From contig CANBAL010000001.1 in assembly GCA_947366545.1 (NCBI GenBank), positions 50,168 to 114,167 on the forward strand: DNA of 64,000 nucleotides, written 5' to 3'. Source of the stretch: an uncultured Clostridia bacterium (GTDB taxonomy: Bacteria > Bacillota > Clostridia > Christensenellales > UBA1242). A program made the translations under genes and the position numbers. Shown here piece after piece: positions 36,086 through 46,833 of the stretch; within the stretch, counting starts at the first letter, position 1, and each line of letters opens with the position of its first letter. The notes beneath the pieces were generated by a model. That model did not search any database and was not told the DNA's origin. It worked only from the letters and a program-made list of their open reading frames with translations.

Positions 36086-38547
36086 TATTTCTTCTTTTTT
36101 AGTTTTAAAATGAGTTTTTGCCCGAGTTTTATTAATTGTTTTCTAAATATTATATACAAAAGCACAAGTGCCACTGAATAACCCATGATTATTCCAAATA
36201 ATTTCCATACCTCTCCGCTATAATCAGTAAGCATGAAGAGGTCACCTTTTATCAGTATTCCTGCAATTATAAGCACAACACTTGATACCATTGCAAGCAA
36301 TCTCATTTTGGTGAGTGGGAAGCATAGCGAAACTAAGTTTAAGAAGCCTGTGAAGGTGAGCACCATTACAAGAAGAGTTATATATTGTCCACTTCTATCT
36401 GGCAAGTCGGTAAGGCTTACAATCTCGGTTTCTTTCAATATCATAACCAAAATTACATTTAAGAAAATAAATAGTGCCCTTGGAATTGACCGCTTGAATA
36501 CCTGCGGCATGAAATCACCTTTTATTAAGTTGTCATTTGGCTCAAGCGTCAATATAAAGGAAGGAATACCAATGACAAACATTTCAAGAAGCAGCATATT
36601 CACGGTTTGGAAAGGATAGCCGCCACTTGTCCTCCAAGCACAGGTGACTATAGTCAAAAGTATGGCGAAAAATGTTTTCATAACGAAAAGTGAAGAAGAG
36701 TTTTGCACATTATTTACCACCTGTCGTCCCTCCCGTACTACCGAAGGAAGAGAGGTGAAATTTGAATCCATTAATACAAGTTTTGATATACTTCTTGCAA
36801 CTTCACTACCGTCAGCCATAGCGATACTGCAATCAGCCTCTTTTAAGGCAAGTGTATCATTTACGCCGTCACCCGTCATGGCAACAACTTTACCCTCATT
36901 TTTAAGGGTCTTGACAAGAACATATTTTTGCTCTGGCGTCACTCTGCCAAATACTGTGTACTGATTTGCAAGGCTTGCAACCTCTTCGGCAGTGTAATTT
37001 TCAAGCGAGATATACTTATCACTATTTTCCACGCCAACACGCTGTGCAATCTTTGACACGGTAGCAGGGTCATCGCCTGAAATGATTTTTATTTGCACAC
37101 CATTTGATTTAAACCATTCGATTGTTTCCACCGCTTTTTCACGAATATGTTCTTCTAGGGAGATGAGTGCAAGAAGTTTGCTTTCGCTCCCCTCCATATC
37201 TTCACTGAAAGCGCCTTCATATTCTGTAAGTGCAATAACGCGGAGCCCCTTTGATGCTTGCGAAGAAATATATTCCTTCTGTTTTGGTGTGAGGTGGCAT
37301 TTAATACGCGTAACAGCGCCTAGGAAATACACCTTCCCCTCTTCTAATTCAGTAATTGAATACTTACGCTGAGAAGAAAACTCTAATTTATTGACAGCCG
37401 TCACGCTTTCGTCAACACCATACTCCTTGATAAGTGCTTTTGATGTCGCGTTTTGCGATTTTTGGTTGTATAAAACCTGCGACAAAAGTTTTTTAGCATC
37501 CTTTTTGCCAAAGGTCTTAAGTTCTACAACATCCATGCTGCCATCGGTAATAGTGCCAGTTTTATCAAGACAAAGCACATTGGTGCGTGCCAACATTTCT
37601 ATTGAATATAGATCTTTTACAAGGGTTTTCTTTTTGGCGAGTTTGATAACGCCTACTGCGAGACCTACGGTAACAAGAAGAAACATACCCGCTGGTATCA
37701 TACTTGTTAAGGCACCGCTTGTATAATCTACTATGCCTTTGATAAGTTCAAACTGCGATCCTGCGATATTGTGTAAATCATCCCATTTGCTCCATGCTGC
37801 AAGCGCACCAAGAGGTATCAAGATTATACCTATATATTTTATAAATCTATTCAAATCTTTAAATAGGTTGGACTCGGGTGCTTTAAATTCCTTTGCCCGT
37901 GCCGCCATTTGGTAAATGTAATTATCTTTGCCTACCTTCTCCACCCTTGCATAGCATAGCCCTGACACTAAGAAACTGCCAGAAAGAAGTGGATCATCAG
38001 TAGATTTTACAATGGCATTAGACTCACCTGTAAGCAGGCTTTCATTTACCTCCACTTTGCCGTCAACTATTATACAATCGGTAGGAATTTGGTCGCCACT
38101 CGACAGTATCATTATATCATCAAGCACCAGCTCGTCTGACATAACCTCTATTTCCTGTCCCTCTCTTACCACCTTAATCTTAGGTGCTGTGACAAGGCTC
38201 ATCTTCTCCACTGTGCGTTTTGCCCTTATCTCTTGTATTATCGCGAGTGCGGTATTTAAAACTATTACAACCAAAAACAAAAGATTGCGATAAGACTGCA
38301 CGCAGATGAGTGCGATTGCAATTAACATCCATATAAAATTGAAAAATGTGAAAATATTTTTAGCAAATATTGCAAAATAGGACTTTGATGCCTTTATTTT
38401 TGTATTATTTGAAAGTTTTTGTAGTTTTCGCTCCTCTACCTGCGATAAAGTAAGCCCTATATCAATGGTTGGAAAATATCTTACAATGCCTTCGGCTTGC
38501 AAGTTTTTGGCCTTTTTCTTTCTTGTTTTTATTATTTTCTCGCTCAT
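36085..38547 (-). CDS. Cation-translocating P-type ATPase
   Basis: It has the DKTGTITDG phosphorylation site, the TGES actuator motif, the MTGDGVNDTLALKEADCSIAM hinge, and about 10 TM helices. Confidence 0.85.
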   Translation of the reverse strand: MSEKIIKTRKKKAKNLQAEGIVRYFPTIDIGLTLSQVEERKLQKLSNNTKIKASKSYFAIFAKNIFTFFNFIWMLIAIALICVQSYRNLLFLVVIVLNTALAIIQEIRAKRTVEKMSLVTAPKIKVVREGQEIEVMSDELVLDDIMILSSGDQIPTDCIIVDGKVEVNESLLTGESNAIVKSTDDPLLSGSFLVSGLCYARVEKVGKDNYIYQMAARAKEFKAPESNLFKDLNRFIKYIGIILIPLGALAAWSKWDDLHNIAGSQFELIKGIVDYTSGALTSMIPAGMFLLVTVGLAVGVIKLAKKKTLVKDLYSIEMLARTNVLCLDKTGTITDGSMDVVELKTFGKKDAKKLLSQVLYNQKSQNATSKALIKEYGVDESVTAVNKLEFSSQRKYSITELEEGKVYFLGAVTRIKCHLTPKQKEYISSQASKGLRVIALTEYEGAFSEDMEGSESKLLALISLEEHIREKAVETIEWFKSNGVQIKIISGDDPATVSKIAQRVGVENSDKYISLENYTAEEVASLANQYTVFGRVTPEQKYVLVKTLKNEGKVVAMTGDGVNDTLALKEADCSIAMADGSEVARSISKLVLMDSNFTSLPSVVREGRQVVNNVQNSSSLFVMKTFFAILLTIVTCAWRTSGGYPFQTVNMLLLEMFVIGIPSFILTLEPNDNLIKGDFMPQVFKRSIPRALFIFLNVILVMILKETEIVSLTDLPDRSGQYITLLVMVLTFTGFLNLVSLCFPLTKMRLLAMVSSVVLIIAGILIKGDLFMLTDYSGEVWKLFGIIMGYSVALVLLYIIFRKQLIKLGQKLILKLKKKK

Positions 38548-38666
38548 AATTCTTTTTTATAGTATAATAAATCTATTATTTCAATGTCAAATCTATCCTC
38601 AATAAGTTTGACATTATTTATTAAAATGATTATTCTATAAATATATACATTAAAAAAGAGGATAAA

Positions 38667-39899
38667 ATGAAAATTGAGGTTTCATCAAATTTAAAAAATC
38701 TTTCAAAACTTTTTCCTACCGACCTCTATATTGTAGGTGGGTTTGTAAGGAATAGTTTGCTTGGCATTGACCTTGTGGATGTCGACTTATGCAGCAGCCT
38801 TACCCTTGACAAACTGGCAAAACTGCTAGAAGGCACGCCTTATGGTTTTAAGATAAAAAGTAAAACGCTGGGCACCTGCCTTATCACTATTGATGACGAA
38901 TGCTACGAATACTCAGTTTTTAGAAAAGAATACTATGGCGAAAATGGTGAGCATTCCCCTGAAAGAGTGGAATTTATCTCCGACATACAAGAAGATGCCA
39001 AAAGAAGAGATTTCACCATTAACGCAATTTACTACGATATAAACAGAGATGAAATAATTGATTTCTATCATGGTGTGGAGGATTTGAAAAGTAAAACCCT
39101 ACGCACCGTGGAGACCCCCGACTTTGTACTTTCAAAAGACGGGGCGAGAATACTTAGGCTTTTTAGATTTCAATGCGAACTCGGTTTCAAAATTGAAAAA
39201 GAAACACTTGTCACTGCCCTTAGATATGCAAGTAATGTCAAAGCGATATCGAATGAGCGAAGGACGAGTGAAATGAGCAAGATTGTGAATAGTTCGTCGC
39301 GCTACTCAAACTCAAAACCTAACGCGTTTATGAGAGCCTTTAAACTTTTCAACCATTACGAGGTGTGGCCAAGTTTTGGGCTTGACACACCTAAGGTAAA
39401 ATTCAATATGGTGAAAAAGGTGGAGCAGAAAGCATACGGCCTTCTTATCGACATTATTGATACAGTAAACCCTATCAGTGTTTCATACTATCTTGAACGA
39501 TTGCTTTTAGACCTTGGTCTATCAAAAAAATCAATGGCACTTTCCATTAACATTCTTTCTGGTTATTATGCCGCATTAAATAAAGAAAGCAACAAGCCTT
39601 ATTTCTTTAAATATTTTGATAACTTCCCTATTATTTATCAACTTATAAGCAAAAAATCCAAACTCCTCGCCATGAAATATGAGTTTTTCTATAAGTACAT
39701 TATAAGTCACAAACTTGTGATAAGCACCAAAGATTTACAAATCACCGGTGACGACATTAAAAAGCACTACCCTGAGGTTAATCCAAAAAGATACAAGGCG
39801 ATACTTGAAAGTCTACTTAGTGATGTTTTCGACTGCAAACTTATTAATAACAAAAAAGAACTTATTGCAGCTGTAAATCAAAAATTAAAATATTTATAA
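38667..39899 (+). CDS. cca: CCA-adding enzyme / poly(A) polymerase-family tRNA nucleotidyltransferase
   Basis: GGFVRNSLLGIDLVDVDL and RRDFTINAIYYD are class II nucleotidyltransferase motifs. Confidence 0.7.
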   Translation: MKIEVSSNLKNLSKLFPTDLYIVGGFVRNSLLGIDLVDVDLCSSLTLDKLAKLLEGTPYGFKIKSKTLGTCLITIDDECYEYSVFRKEYYGENGEHSPERVEFISDIQEDAKRRDFTINAIYYDINRDEIIDFYHGVEDLKSKTLRTVETPDFVLSKDGARILRLFRFQCELGFKIEKETLVTALRYASNVKAISNERRTSEMSKIVNSSSRYSNSKPNAFMRAFKLFNHYEVWPSFGLDTPKVKFNMVKKVEQKAYGLLIDIIDTVNPISVSYYLERLLLDLGLSKKSMALSINILSGYYAALNKESNKPYFFKYFDNFPIIYQLISKKSKLLAMKYEFFYKYIISHKLVISTKDLQITGDDIKKHYPEVNPKRYKAILESLLSDVFDCKLINNKKELIAAVNQKLKYL

Positions 39900-39900
39900 T

Positions 39901-39928
39901 AAAAAAACGGGAAATCCCGTTTTTTTTA
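39901..39928. terminator. Bidirectional terminator
   Basis: AAAAAAACGGG-aaat-CCCGTTTTTTTT lies between convergent genes. Confidence 0.7.
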
Positions 39929-40591
39929 TTTATAATTTTCAAGGTTTTCAAAGATAGGATAGGTGTTGGCATTTACTTTAATTGTTGTAACACTCTTTCT
40001 TTTCTGCCCATTTTGAGATGTAAGGTTGCCATCTACTGCAAAGTAGAATGTAACCTCACGGGTCCCATTTTCACCATTAAAAGCAAAATATACTGTATCG
40101 TAAGTTATCTTATTACTTGTATAGAATTTGCTATACTCATAACTTGTGCCATCATGTCTATAAAGCGTTTGTGGAGTATTATAATAAAGTTTTACATAAT
40201 TTGCCCCCAAACGACTACTTAGTGATGAACTGGTTTCAACAAATTCATCTGCTGTCTCATTTATTGTATAATTACCAAAGTTACCACTGAATAACGCAGA
40301 AAGTGTATTAATACTAAATGAATTATTATATGATTTTACAAAGTCATTATAATTTTCACTTTCAGAGTTTAAGTGAATTGACCCGCTTGTGATTTGGTCG
40401 GTGATGATTGTGATTTCATCCGCATCCTTAATGAAATGAGGTCTTAAATTTATATTGACACATGACATAATTATCACTGCAAGTGCAAGTGCAAAAGTCA
40501 CTGCCATTGCGACAATAAGGCCTATCTTTTTTCTTTTTATTCTAAGGCGAAGGTACTCATCGTCAATATTTCTTGTCTCTACATTCTCCAT
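39926..40591 (-). CDS. Membrane-anchored protein of unknown function, coupled to ftsH
   Basis: The start is 2 nt after the ftsH TAG stop, after AAGGGG. It has a single N-terminal TM helix (IGLIVAMAVTFALALAVIIMSCV) and a beta-rich ectodomain. Confidence 0.55.
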   Translation of the reverse strand: MENVETRNIDDEYLRLRIKRKKIGLIVAMAVTFALALAVIIMSCVNINLRPHFIKDADEITIITDQITSGSIHLNSESENYNDFVKSYNNSFSINTLSALFSGNFGNYTINETADEFVETSSSLSSRLGANYVKLYYNTPQTLYRHDGTSYEYSKFYTSNKITYDTVYFAFNGENGTREVTFYFAVDGNLTSQNGQKRKSVTTIKVNANTYPIFENLENYK

Positions 40592-40593
40592 GT

Positions 40594-42834
40594 CTATTCC
40601 CCTTTACCGTCATCTTTTCGCGCTCTTGTGCGTTTTGGTTTTTCAGCCTCTTCCGTCTTTTTGGCAGCAGGCTTTCTTACCGCCTTCTTTTCTTCACTTT
40701 TAACTTCGGGTGCTGCCTTCTCGGTGGCTTCCGCCTTTTTGTCTTCAGTTTGAGGATTTTTGTATTTTTCAAAATCTTGCTTGATTGCTTCATATTCTTC
40801 TTTTGTTATGATGCCACTTGCAAGAAGTTTCTCCCCTTCCTTCACCTTTCTTTCATAACTGAGCATGAGTTCTTTTTCTTCACGCTCTTTTTTCAGTTTT
40901 GCTTCCTTTTCTTTTTGCTCTTTATCACGCTTTTCCATTATTTCTTGAATTTCATCACTGGTTTTACCTTCCATAAGCATATCAACTTCATCTTTATAAA
41001 TGGTCTCTCTTGCAAACAAAAGTTTTACCATTTCATGCAACAAGTTTACATTTTCATTCAAGATTTTCTTTGCACGCTTATAATTGTATTCAAGTATATC
41101 ACGGATTTCGTCATCGGCCTCAGCAGCAAGTTTCTCAGAAAACTCGTTTTTAGTTTGATAATCTCTACCAATAAATACTTGCTGGCTTGTGTCAAGTGAA
41201 AGGAAGCCTAAGTTTTTACTCATACCATAGCGGTATATCATATCATGGGCAATCTTGGTTGCTTGATTAATATCGCTTGATGCACCAGTAGTGATATCTT
41301 TAAAAATAATCTCTTCCGCAATTCGTCCACCCATGCACATTGCAATTTCATCCATTAAATAGTTATAACTTCTGTATGAATTGTCATTTTCTGGGCGCTG
41401 CATTGTATAACCGCCAGCCATTCCTCTTGGAATAATCGATACCTCTTGAATCTCATCACAATATTGTAACTTTTTGCCAAGAATTGCATGACCAGACTCA
41501 TGATATGCAGTAATCTTTTTATCTCTTTCGGTGATAAGTCTGCTCTTCTTTTGAGGACCCATAGTCACCTTATTGATACCTTCTGTAATGTCTGCCATAT
41601 TTATCTTTGGTCTATTTGCCCTAGCGGCAAGTATGGCAGCCTCGTTAAGCATATTTTCTATATCAGCACCAGTGAAGCCCACCGTGATTTTTGCGAGTGT
41701 TTTGAAATCAACATTTTCGTCAAGTGGTTTATTCTTAGAGTGGATTTTGATGATACCCTCTCTGCCCTTAACATCTGGAATATTAACATAGATCTGTCTA
41801 TCAAATCTGCCTGGACGCATAAGTGCTGGGTCAAGTACATCGCTACGGTTGGTTGCTGCAAGAACGATGATGCCCTCGTTTGGCTCAAAGCCGTCCATTT
41901 CAACAAGAAGTTGATTTAAAGTTTGCTCTCTTTCATCATTTCCGCCGCCAAGTCCAGCACCACGCTGTCTACCCACCGCATCGATTTCATCAATAAACAC
42001 AATACATGGCTTATTCTTTTTTGCTTGGTCAAATAAGTCTCTTACTCTGCTTGCACCAACGCCGACAAACATTTCTACAAAGTCTGAACCACTTATCGTA
42101 ATAAATGGAACATTTGCTTCGCCTGCGACCGCCCTTGCAAGAAGGGTTTTACCAGTGCCTGGAGGGCCTACAAGGAGTATTCCCTTAGGTATTCTTGCAC
42201 CAAGGCTTGTGAATTTCCTTGGATTCTTTAAAAACTCAACAATCTCTTCAAGTTCTTGTTTCTCTTCATCGCTGCCTGCAACATCATTAAATTTCACTTT
42301 ATTTGAGGTGTATGCCCTTGCCTTACTCTTTCCAAAAGTCATTGCACCTTTGTTGGAATTTGAGAACATTCTAAACACCATCCAAATAAGGAAGATGCCA
42401 AACCCTATATAAAGAATAGGATAAAGAATATCCCAGAAGGATATGCCGTCTGGTTGAGTGGCTACCTGTATGTCAATTTCAAGCGTCTCATCCGCATTTG
42501 CTGCATTAATTTTTTGTAACAGTCTTTCAATTATTCCGTCGGTACCATTCTTATCATAATAGAAATAGTAATCCGAATTTGTAGGGAAATGACCAACATT
42601 CTTCGAATCTTTAAGCAAAATATACCCTACCCCGTCCTTATAATAGAACGCGATCATCTGCTCATGCTTATTATTTTTTTCACGACCAGTGATAAGCTCG
42701 CTCACCTCGGCCTCACCACCTGTTAAGAATTCTCCCTTAGAGCCATTATTTGTGAATATCAAACAAAGTAATAGCACTATTGCCACTAACAATATTACAT
42801 AGGAAAATTTAAACTTAGATTTATTTTCTTCCAA
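40594..42834 (-). CDS. ftsH: ATP-dependent zinc metalloprotease FtsH with long Lys/Glu-rich C-terminal tail containing a SHOCT-like segment
   Basis: It has [22 protein letters not shown] (Walker A), the SRH region, and the zinc site HESGHAI. It starts at TTG 8 nt after AAGGAGG. The tail includes [20 protein letters not shown]. Confidence 0.95.
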   Translation of the reverse strand: MEENKSKFKFSYVILLVAIVLLLCLIFTNNGSKGEFLTGGEAEVSELITGREKNNKHEQMIAFYYKDGVGYILLKDSKNVGHFPTNSDYYFYYDKNGTDGIIERLLQKINAANADETLEIDIQVATQPDGISFWDILYPILYIGFGIFLIWMVFRMFSNSNKGAMTFGKSKARAYTSNKVKFNDVAGSDEEKQELEEIVEFLKNPRKFTSLGARIPKGILLVGPPGTGKTLLARAVAGEANVPFITISGSDFVEMFVGVGASRVRDLFDQAKKNKPCIVFIDEIDAVGRQRGAGLGGGNDEREQTLNQLLVEMDGFEPNEGIIVLAATNRSDVLDPALMRPGRFDRQIYVNIPDVKGREGIIKIHSKNKPLDENVDFKTLAKITVGFTGADIENMLNEAAILAARANRPKINMADITEGINKVTMGPQKKSRLITERDKKITAYHESGHAILGKKLQYCDEIQEVSIIPRGMAGGYTMQRPENDNSYRSYNYLMDEIAMCMGGRIAEEIIFKDITTGASSDINQATKIAHDMIYRYGMSKNLGFLSLDTSQQVFIGRDYQTKNEFSEKLAAEADDEIRDILEYNYKRAKKILNENVNLLHEMVKLLFARETIYKDEVDMLMEGKTSDEIQEIMEKRDKEQKEKEAKLKKEREEKELMLSYERKVKEGEKLLASGIITKEEYEAIKQDFEKYKNPQTEDKKAEATEKAAPEVKSEEKKAVRKPAAKKTEEAEKPKRTRARKDDGKGE

Positions 42835-42953
42835 AACAAAAGCCTCCTTATTATATCTTTACTTGCTATTTTAACATAAAATGTTTTTTAAAACAACAAA
42901 TCAATAGGGCTTTTGCAAAATTTTATGTCATTAAAACTGGTTTTTTGACCGTA

Positions 42954-44282
42954 CTAGTCAGGTTGAACCTTGATTACAAGTTCAAAATTCATATAATTTA
43001 GAAAATCATCGGGATCATCAAGACTTTTTAAAAATTTTCTGAAATCCTTTTTATTCTCTCGCTCAAACTTTTGCGTAACGCCTATAACATCTGTTTTATT
43101 CTCTCTAAGCACTTTTAGTGTGTTTTGAAAACGATTTTTTAAGAATTGTTCCACTTTCACCGCCACTTCATCAGAAATATCGCTAAGTTCTGTGTTTGTC
43201 CTAATGTTTGTCTCTCCCTCTTTTCCTTCCACAAGTTCAAGCCCAAGGATTACATCCGCTCGAAAAATTGGATGTCCATTCTCAAACTTTGTGGTTATCT
43301 TCACCTTTTTATTCTTAACTAAAAAGGTAAGCATTGCATTATTGTATCTTTCGTCGGTAACATTTTCGACGGTGATAGTCCTGTTTATTGCATTGCCATT
43401 AATGATGTTTATGCCATGTAATTGTTCTGCACTTAATTTATCTACCTTAATACCATTTTTTATAAGTACAACTTCACCACTGTTTAATACTTTTTTATCA
43501 GAGCCGCCACCACTAGAAGAACTTGAACTAGAACCGCCCGACCCCGCCTGTGATGAACTATACCCTGAGACATTATCTTGTGCATCAATTCCACTCTCAC
43601 CACCGCTTTCACCTTCCCCGCTTTGTCCAGATTGTCCACTGCTTTGACCTCCTTGGCTTGCACTTTCTTCACCGTCACCTGATGCAAGTTTTAGGTACCC
43701 TATGATAGACGCACCAGTTTGACTATAATACCCCTTAAAAAATGCCTCCAAGGAAGTATCGGTAACATAAACACTATCTACATTATAGGATATTAGTTCC
43801 TCTAGTTTTAACCCGATATCTTTTTCAAGCGTTTGTGCAGCAAGCAAAAATTCCTTCGCTGGATTGTCAGTACATATTAAAATCGTATTTTCAGATAAGG
43901 AAGCCACACGCCCTAAATAATCTATATCTTTTGCTATATCATCTTCCATAAGTTTTGTGCTTATTACCGTCGTTTTTGCGTGTGAAAGGCATATCTTCTT
44001 CCCTAATGTAAGCCCTGCATTTGATATAGCCTCGGCCACCGATTTTCCTTTCCCTGTAACCACTGTGTTTGTTTCAAGGTAGGTTTGATTTGCAGTGGGA
44101 ATAAATGTCAGGAGTGAAACCTCATACTCATCACCAAGTTTATCTACCCCTACCGCTGTTACTATTGAACAACGTGTACTTTCACCTGGGGCAAAAAGGG
44201 CTGTTGGGGCAAAAAAGACAAGAATTATCAAAAATATCAAGGCCATGGGATTTTTTTTGAATCTATTAATAATTTTTTTCAT
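42954..44282 (-). CDS. Spore germination receptor C subunit (Ger(x)C family) with Gly/Ser-rich insertion
   Basis: The N-terminal ...CSIVTAVGVDK and overall layout match GerAC-type lipoproteins. It is the third gene of an A-B-C operon. The insertion is GDGEESASQGGQSSGQSGQSGEGESGGESG...GSGGSSSSSSSGGGS. Confidence 0.7.
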   Translation of the reverse strand: MKKIINRFKKNPMALIFLIILVFFAPTALFAPGESTRCSIVTAVGVDKLGDEYEVSLLTFIPTANQTYLETNTVVTGKGKSVAEAISNAGLTLGKKICLSHAKTTVISTKLMEDDIAKDIDYLGRVASLSENTILICTDNPAKEFLLAAQTLEKDIGLKLEELISYNVDSVYVTDTSLEAFFKGYYSQTGASIIGYLKLASGDGEESASQGGQSSGQSGQSGEGESGGESGIDAQDNVSGYSSSQAGSGGSSSSSSSGGGSDKKVLNSGEVVLIKNGIKVDKLSAEQLHGINIINGNAINRTITVENVTDERYNNAMLTFLVKNKKVKITTKFENGHPIFRADVILGLELVEGKEGETNIRTNTELSDISDEVAVKVEQFLKNRFQNTLKVLRENKTDVIGVTQKFERENKKDFRKFLKSLDDPDDFLNYMNFELVIKVQPD

Positions 44283-45360
44283 ATTTTGCCCCCTTTTTCC
44301 GAGGTAATGCCATGAAAAATATCATCAGAGGGATTAAATAATTTGTAACAAGGGCAAGATATGGTAGCCAATTTCTGGTGTAAAGTAGCATATTTTCATA
44401 CCTTCCAACAAGTATTACATAAACAACTATAAATATGACATCAAATACCGCCACACTATACCCGCGATTTAGTTTGTGAAAAACATTACAAAAGGCCTCA
44501 CTAAAGCCAAAAGCAAATATAGAAAGCTGAAAATAACTTAAAAACATTATTGTAACCATGGCTATAACATCTAGTCTTCCCACTGAGGTTGCTTGATTTG
44601 ACGCAGATAGAATATCTGTGAGAGCGTTGTTATGCATAAATGCAGTAATTTGATAGATGGAATAAAAGAGAAAGAATATCGACAGAACAAAGAAAATGCC
44701 TATACCCGCAAATTTTAATAGCTCCTTTCCTTCTTTTTTCTCCATACGCACTTTGTCTATTATAAGGAAGAGAAAAATGTAATCCCCAAATGTAAAGATA
44801 TGCTTAAAGGCTGTACCAAAAAAGTCAGGCACCGAGGTATTAAAAAAGTATGGCATACCTTGGTTATTTACAAGCGCCACTGCTAAGCAAACTAATATTC
44901 CCGCACTTATTGCGTAAAAATATAACTCCACCGTCCGTGAAAATGAGCGGAGTCCTGCCACCACCGCATGGTTTACAACGGGTATGACACTTATTAATGC
45001 AAGTAGCGCAAATTCATCTTGGTAAACCTGCCCTTTTAGGTAGGCATATACCACAGAATAGGTTAAAAGCACTTTGAATAGGAAGAAAAACATCAGTACT
45101 ATGTAAATTAACTTTGAGAAAAATCTGCCTAGGTGCTTTTCAAGAATATAGTCAAGAGTATTGTTTGGATATTTGGCTTTCAACATGAAGAAGGTTGCCA
45201 GTACAAACAAATCAACTATAAAAAGCATTAGCACTACAAATAGGCCGTCCGATTTTGCACCCTCGTAAATCAGTGACGGCAGTAAGAATATCTTATTAGC
45301 AAGCACTGACATTGTGCATATCATGCCTGCCTGTCTTGCACTTATTGTTGTACTTTTCAT
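44266..45360 (-). CDS. Spore germination receptor B subunit (GerAB-type permease-like)
   Basis: A 10-TM protein with the N-terminus ISARQAGMICTMSVLANKIFLLPS, typical of the family. It overlaps both neighbours. Confidence 0.8.
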   Translation of the reverse strand: MKSTTISARQAGMICTMSVLANKIFLLPSLIYEGAKSDGLFVVLMLFIVDLFVLATFFMLKAKYPNNTLDYILEKHLGRFFSKLIYIVLMFFFLFKVLLTYSVVYAYLKGQVYQDEFALLALISVIPVVNHAVVAGLRSFSRTVELYFYAISAGILVCLAVALVNNQGMPYFFNTSVPDFFGTAFKHIFTFGDYIFLFLIIDKVRMEKKEGKELLKFAGIGIFFVLSIFFLFYSIYQITAFMHNNALTDILSASNQATSVGRLDVIAMVTIMFLSYFQLSIFAFGFSEAFCNVFHKLNRGYSVAVFDVIFIVVYVILVGRYENMLLYTRNWLPYLALVTNYLIPLMIFFMALPRKKGAKYEKNY

Positions 45361-46784
45361 CGCAGCCTCACTTTGTTTTTATTATGAAAAGACTCCGGTC
45401 TTAAATGAATATCTGCAATATTTTCTTTAAATATTCCGTCTTGAAGGTCATTTGTGATTCGTGGACTGTATGGTGCAAGATATGGTGAGCCATAACTATC
45501 AATCTTATTTAAATAATTTGTAAAGTAAACAAGTCCGCCTACAACCCCCAACATTCCAAGTGAGCCGCCAAGCACGATAAATATCACCTGCAATAGTGTC
45601 ACCTGTGAGGATTGCTGAGGCACCAAATATAACGCTATCTTTGATACCGCAACAATGATAACCCCCGGAGGCGAGATAAGCCCTGCCTTTACACCTGTGT
45701 CACCCAAAATTAAGGCACCTACGACCGAGGTGGCAAGGCCCAGATAACTTGGAAGACGCAAACTGACTTCATACAATATTTGAAATAGGAAAAATATAAA
45801 CACAATTTCAATAAATGGAGTAAAAGGCAACCCCTGTGTTGTATCTGCAATCGTAATTAAGAAATTTAGTGGCAAAACATTATAATGATAAAGTTGCAAA
45901 GCAAGATAAAGCCCTGACGAAATAATTGCCATGACTATACCAATAAGCCTTATAGCACGAATAAAACTTGAATAATGGTGATTAGTATAATAATCATTGC
46001 TGTTTTGCAAATCTTCAAACAAAATAAATGGTACGGTAAGCACTATTGGAGAATTGTCAACTATTATTCCAATCTTGCCCTCTAAAAGTTTTGAGGCGAC
46101 AATATCTGGTTTTTCCGCCATTCCCACCTGACGAAACATTGAATTTTCGTTTTCCTGCAAAAAGCCGACAAGGTAATAGGAATCTATGATGCCATCAATA
46201 TCAATTTCTTTTAATCTTTGTTCAACCTTTTTTACTATCTTTTCATCGGCTATTCCATATAAATATGTAATAATCACCTTTGTATTTGAATAACTGCCGA
46301 TTTTTAGTTGTTTCATTACAAGGTCCTTGGAGGCAAGGCGTCTACGCATTAGAGAAATGTTTGTTTTAAAATCCTCGGTAAAACCTTCCCGCGGCCCCAT
46401 AATGACTGGTGAAGTGGGCGGCTCACTTGGTGTCCTTGTTGGATATTTTAACAAATCCACCGCAACAAACTTTTTCTCCCCTTCCAAAATAATAACTATG
46501 GAGCCTTTTATTATGTTGTCAATTATCTCGCTTTCCTCAATTTCCATTACATCATTTGGCTTTAAAATTTCTTCTTGAAGGGTCTTGATTGTCAGTTTTT
46601 TCTTGGTTAACGCTATCGGCTTATAAATCGTCTCTGCAAATAGTTGATTGTCGGTAATACTTTTAAGATAGATAAAGCCTAGCCTATCTTCCTCATTTGA
46701 CAGCACTCTACTTGCAAAATCGCTGCTTGAATGAAAGGCTTTTTTAATTTCTTGTATCTTTGTTTCTACCTTTAAAAAAGACAT
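45357..46784 (-). CDS. Spore germination receptor A subunit (GerAA-type)
   Basis: A soluble N-domain plus C-terminal TM bundle, with FKTNISLMRRRL and PSEPPTSPVIMGPREGFTE typical of GerA-family A subunits. I chose the ATG at 46784 after GAGGAG. Confidence 0.85.
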   Translation of the reverse strand: MSFLKVETKIQEIKKAFHSSSDFASRVLSNEEDRLGFIYLKSITDNQLFAETIYKPIALTKKKLTIKTLQEEILKPNDVMEIEESEIIDNIIKGSIVIILEGEKKFVAVDLLKYPTRTPSEPPTSPVIMGPREGFTEDFKTNISLMRRRLASKDLVMKQLKIGSYSNTKVIITYLYGIADEKIVKKVEQRLKEIDIDGIIDSYYLVGFLQENENSMFRQVGMAEKPDIVASKLLEGKIGIIVDNSPIVLTVPFILFEDLQNSNDYYTNHHYSSFIRAIRLIGIVMAIISSGLYLALQLYHYNVLPLNFLITIADTTQGLPFTPFIEIVFIFFLFQILYEVSLRLPSYLGLATSVVGALILGDTGVKAGLISPPGVIIVAVSKIALYLVPQQSSQVTLLQVIFIVLGGSLGMLGVVGGLVYFTNYLNKIDSYGSPYLAPYSPRITNDLQDGIFKENIADIHLRPESFHNKNKVRLR

Positions 46785-46801
46785 ACTCTCCTCTTTGAAG
46801 A

Positions 46802-46831
46802 TAGTATGTCTATTCAATTTTAAAATTATGC
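46802..46831 (-). promoter_or_regulatory. Forespore sigma-G-type promoter upstream of the ger operon (GCATA-18 nt-CATACTA)
   Basis: The minus strand reads GCATAattttaaaattgaatagaCATACTAtcttcaaagaggag. This matches the B. subtilis sigma-G consensus GHATR-N18-CATXHTA. gerA-type operons are classically sigma-G dependent. Confidence 0.45.
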
Positions 46832-46833
46832 TA

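Noticed and set aside
40573-41199. A 208-aa + strand ORF rich in Phe/Leu
   Set aside because: It is the antisense shadow of the Lys/Glu-rich FtsH tail. GAA/AAA codons read as TTC/TTT on the other strand.
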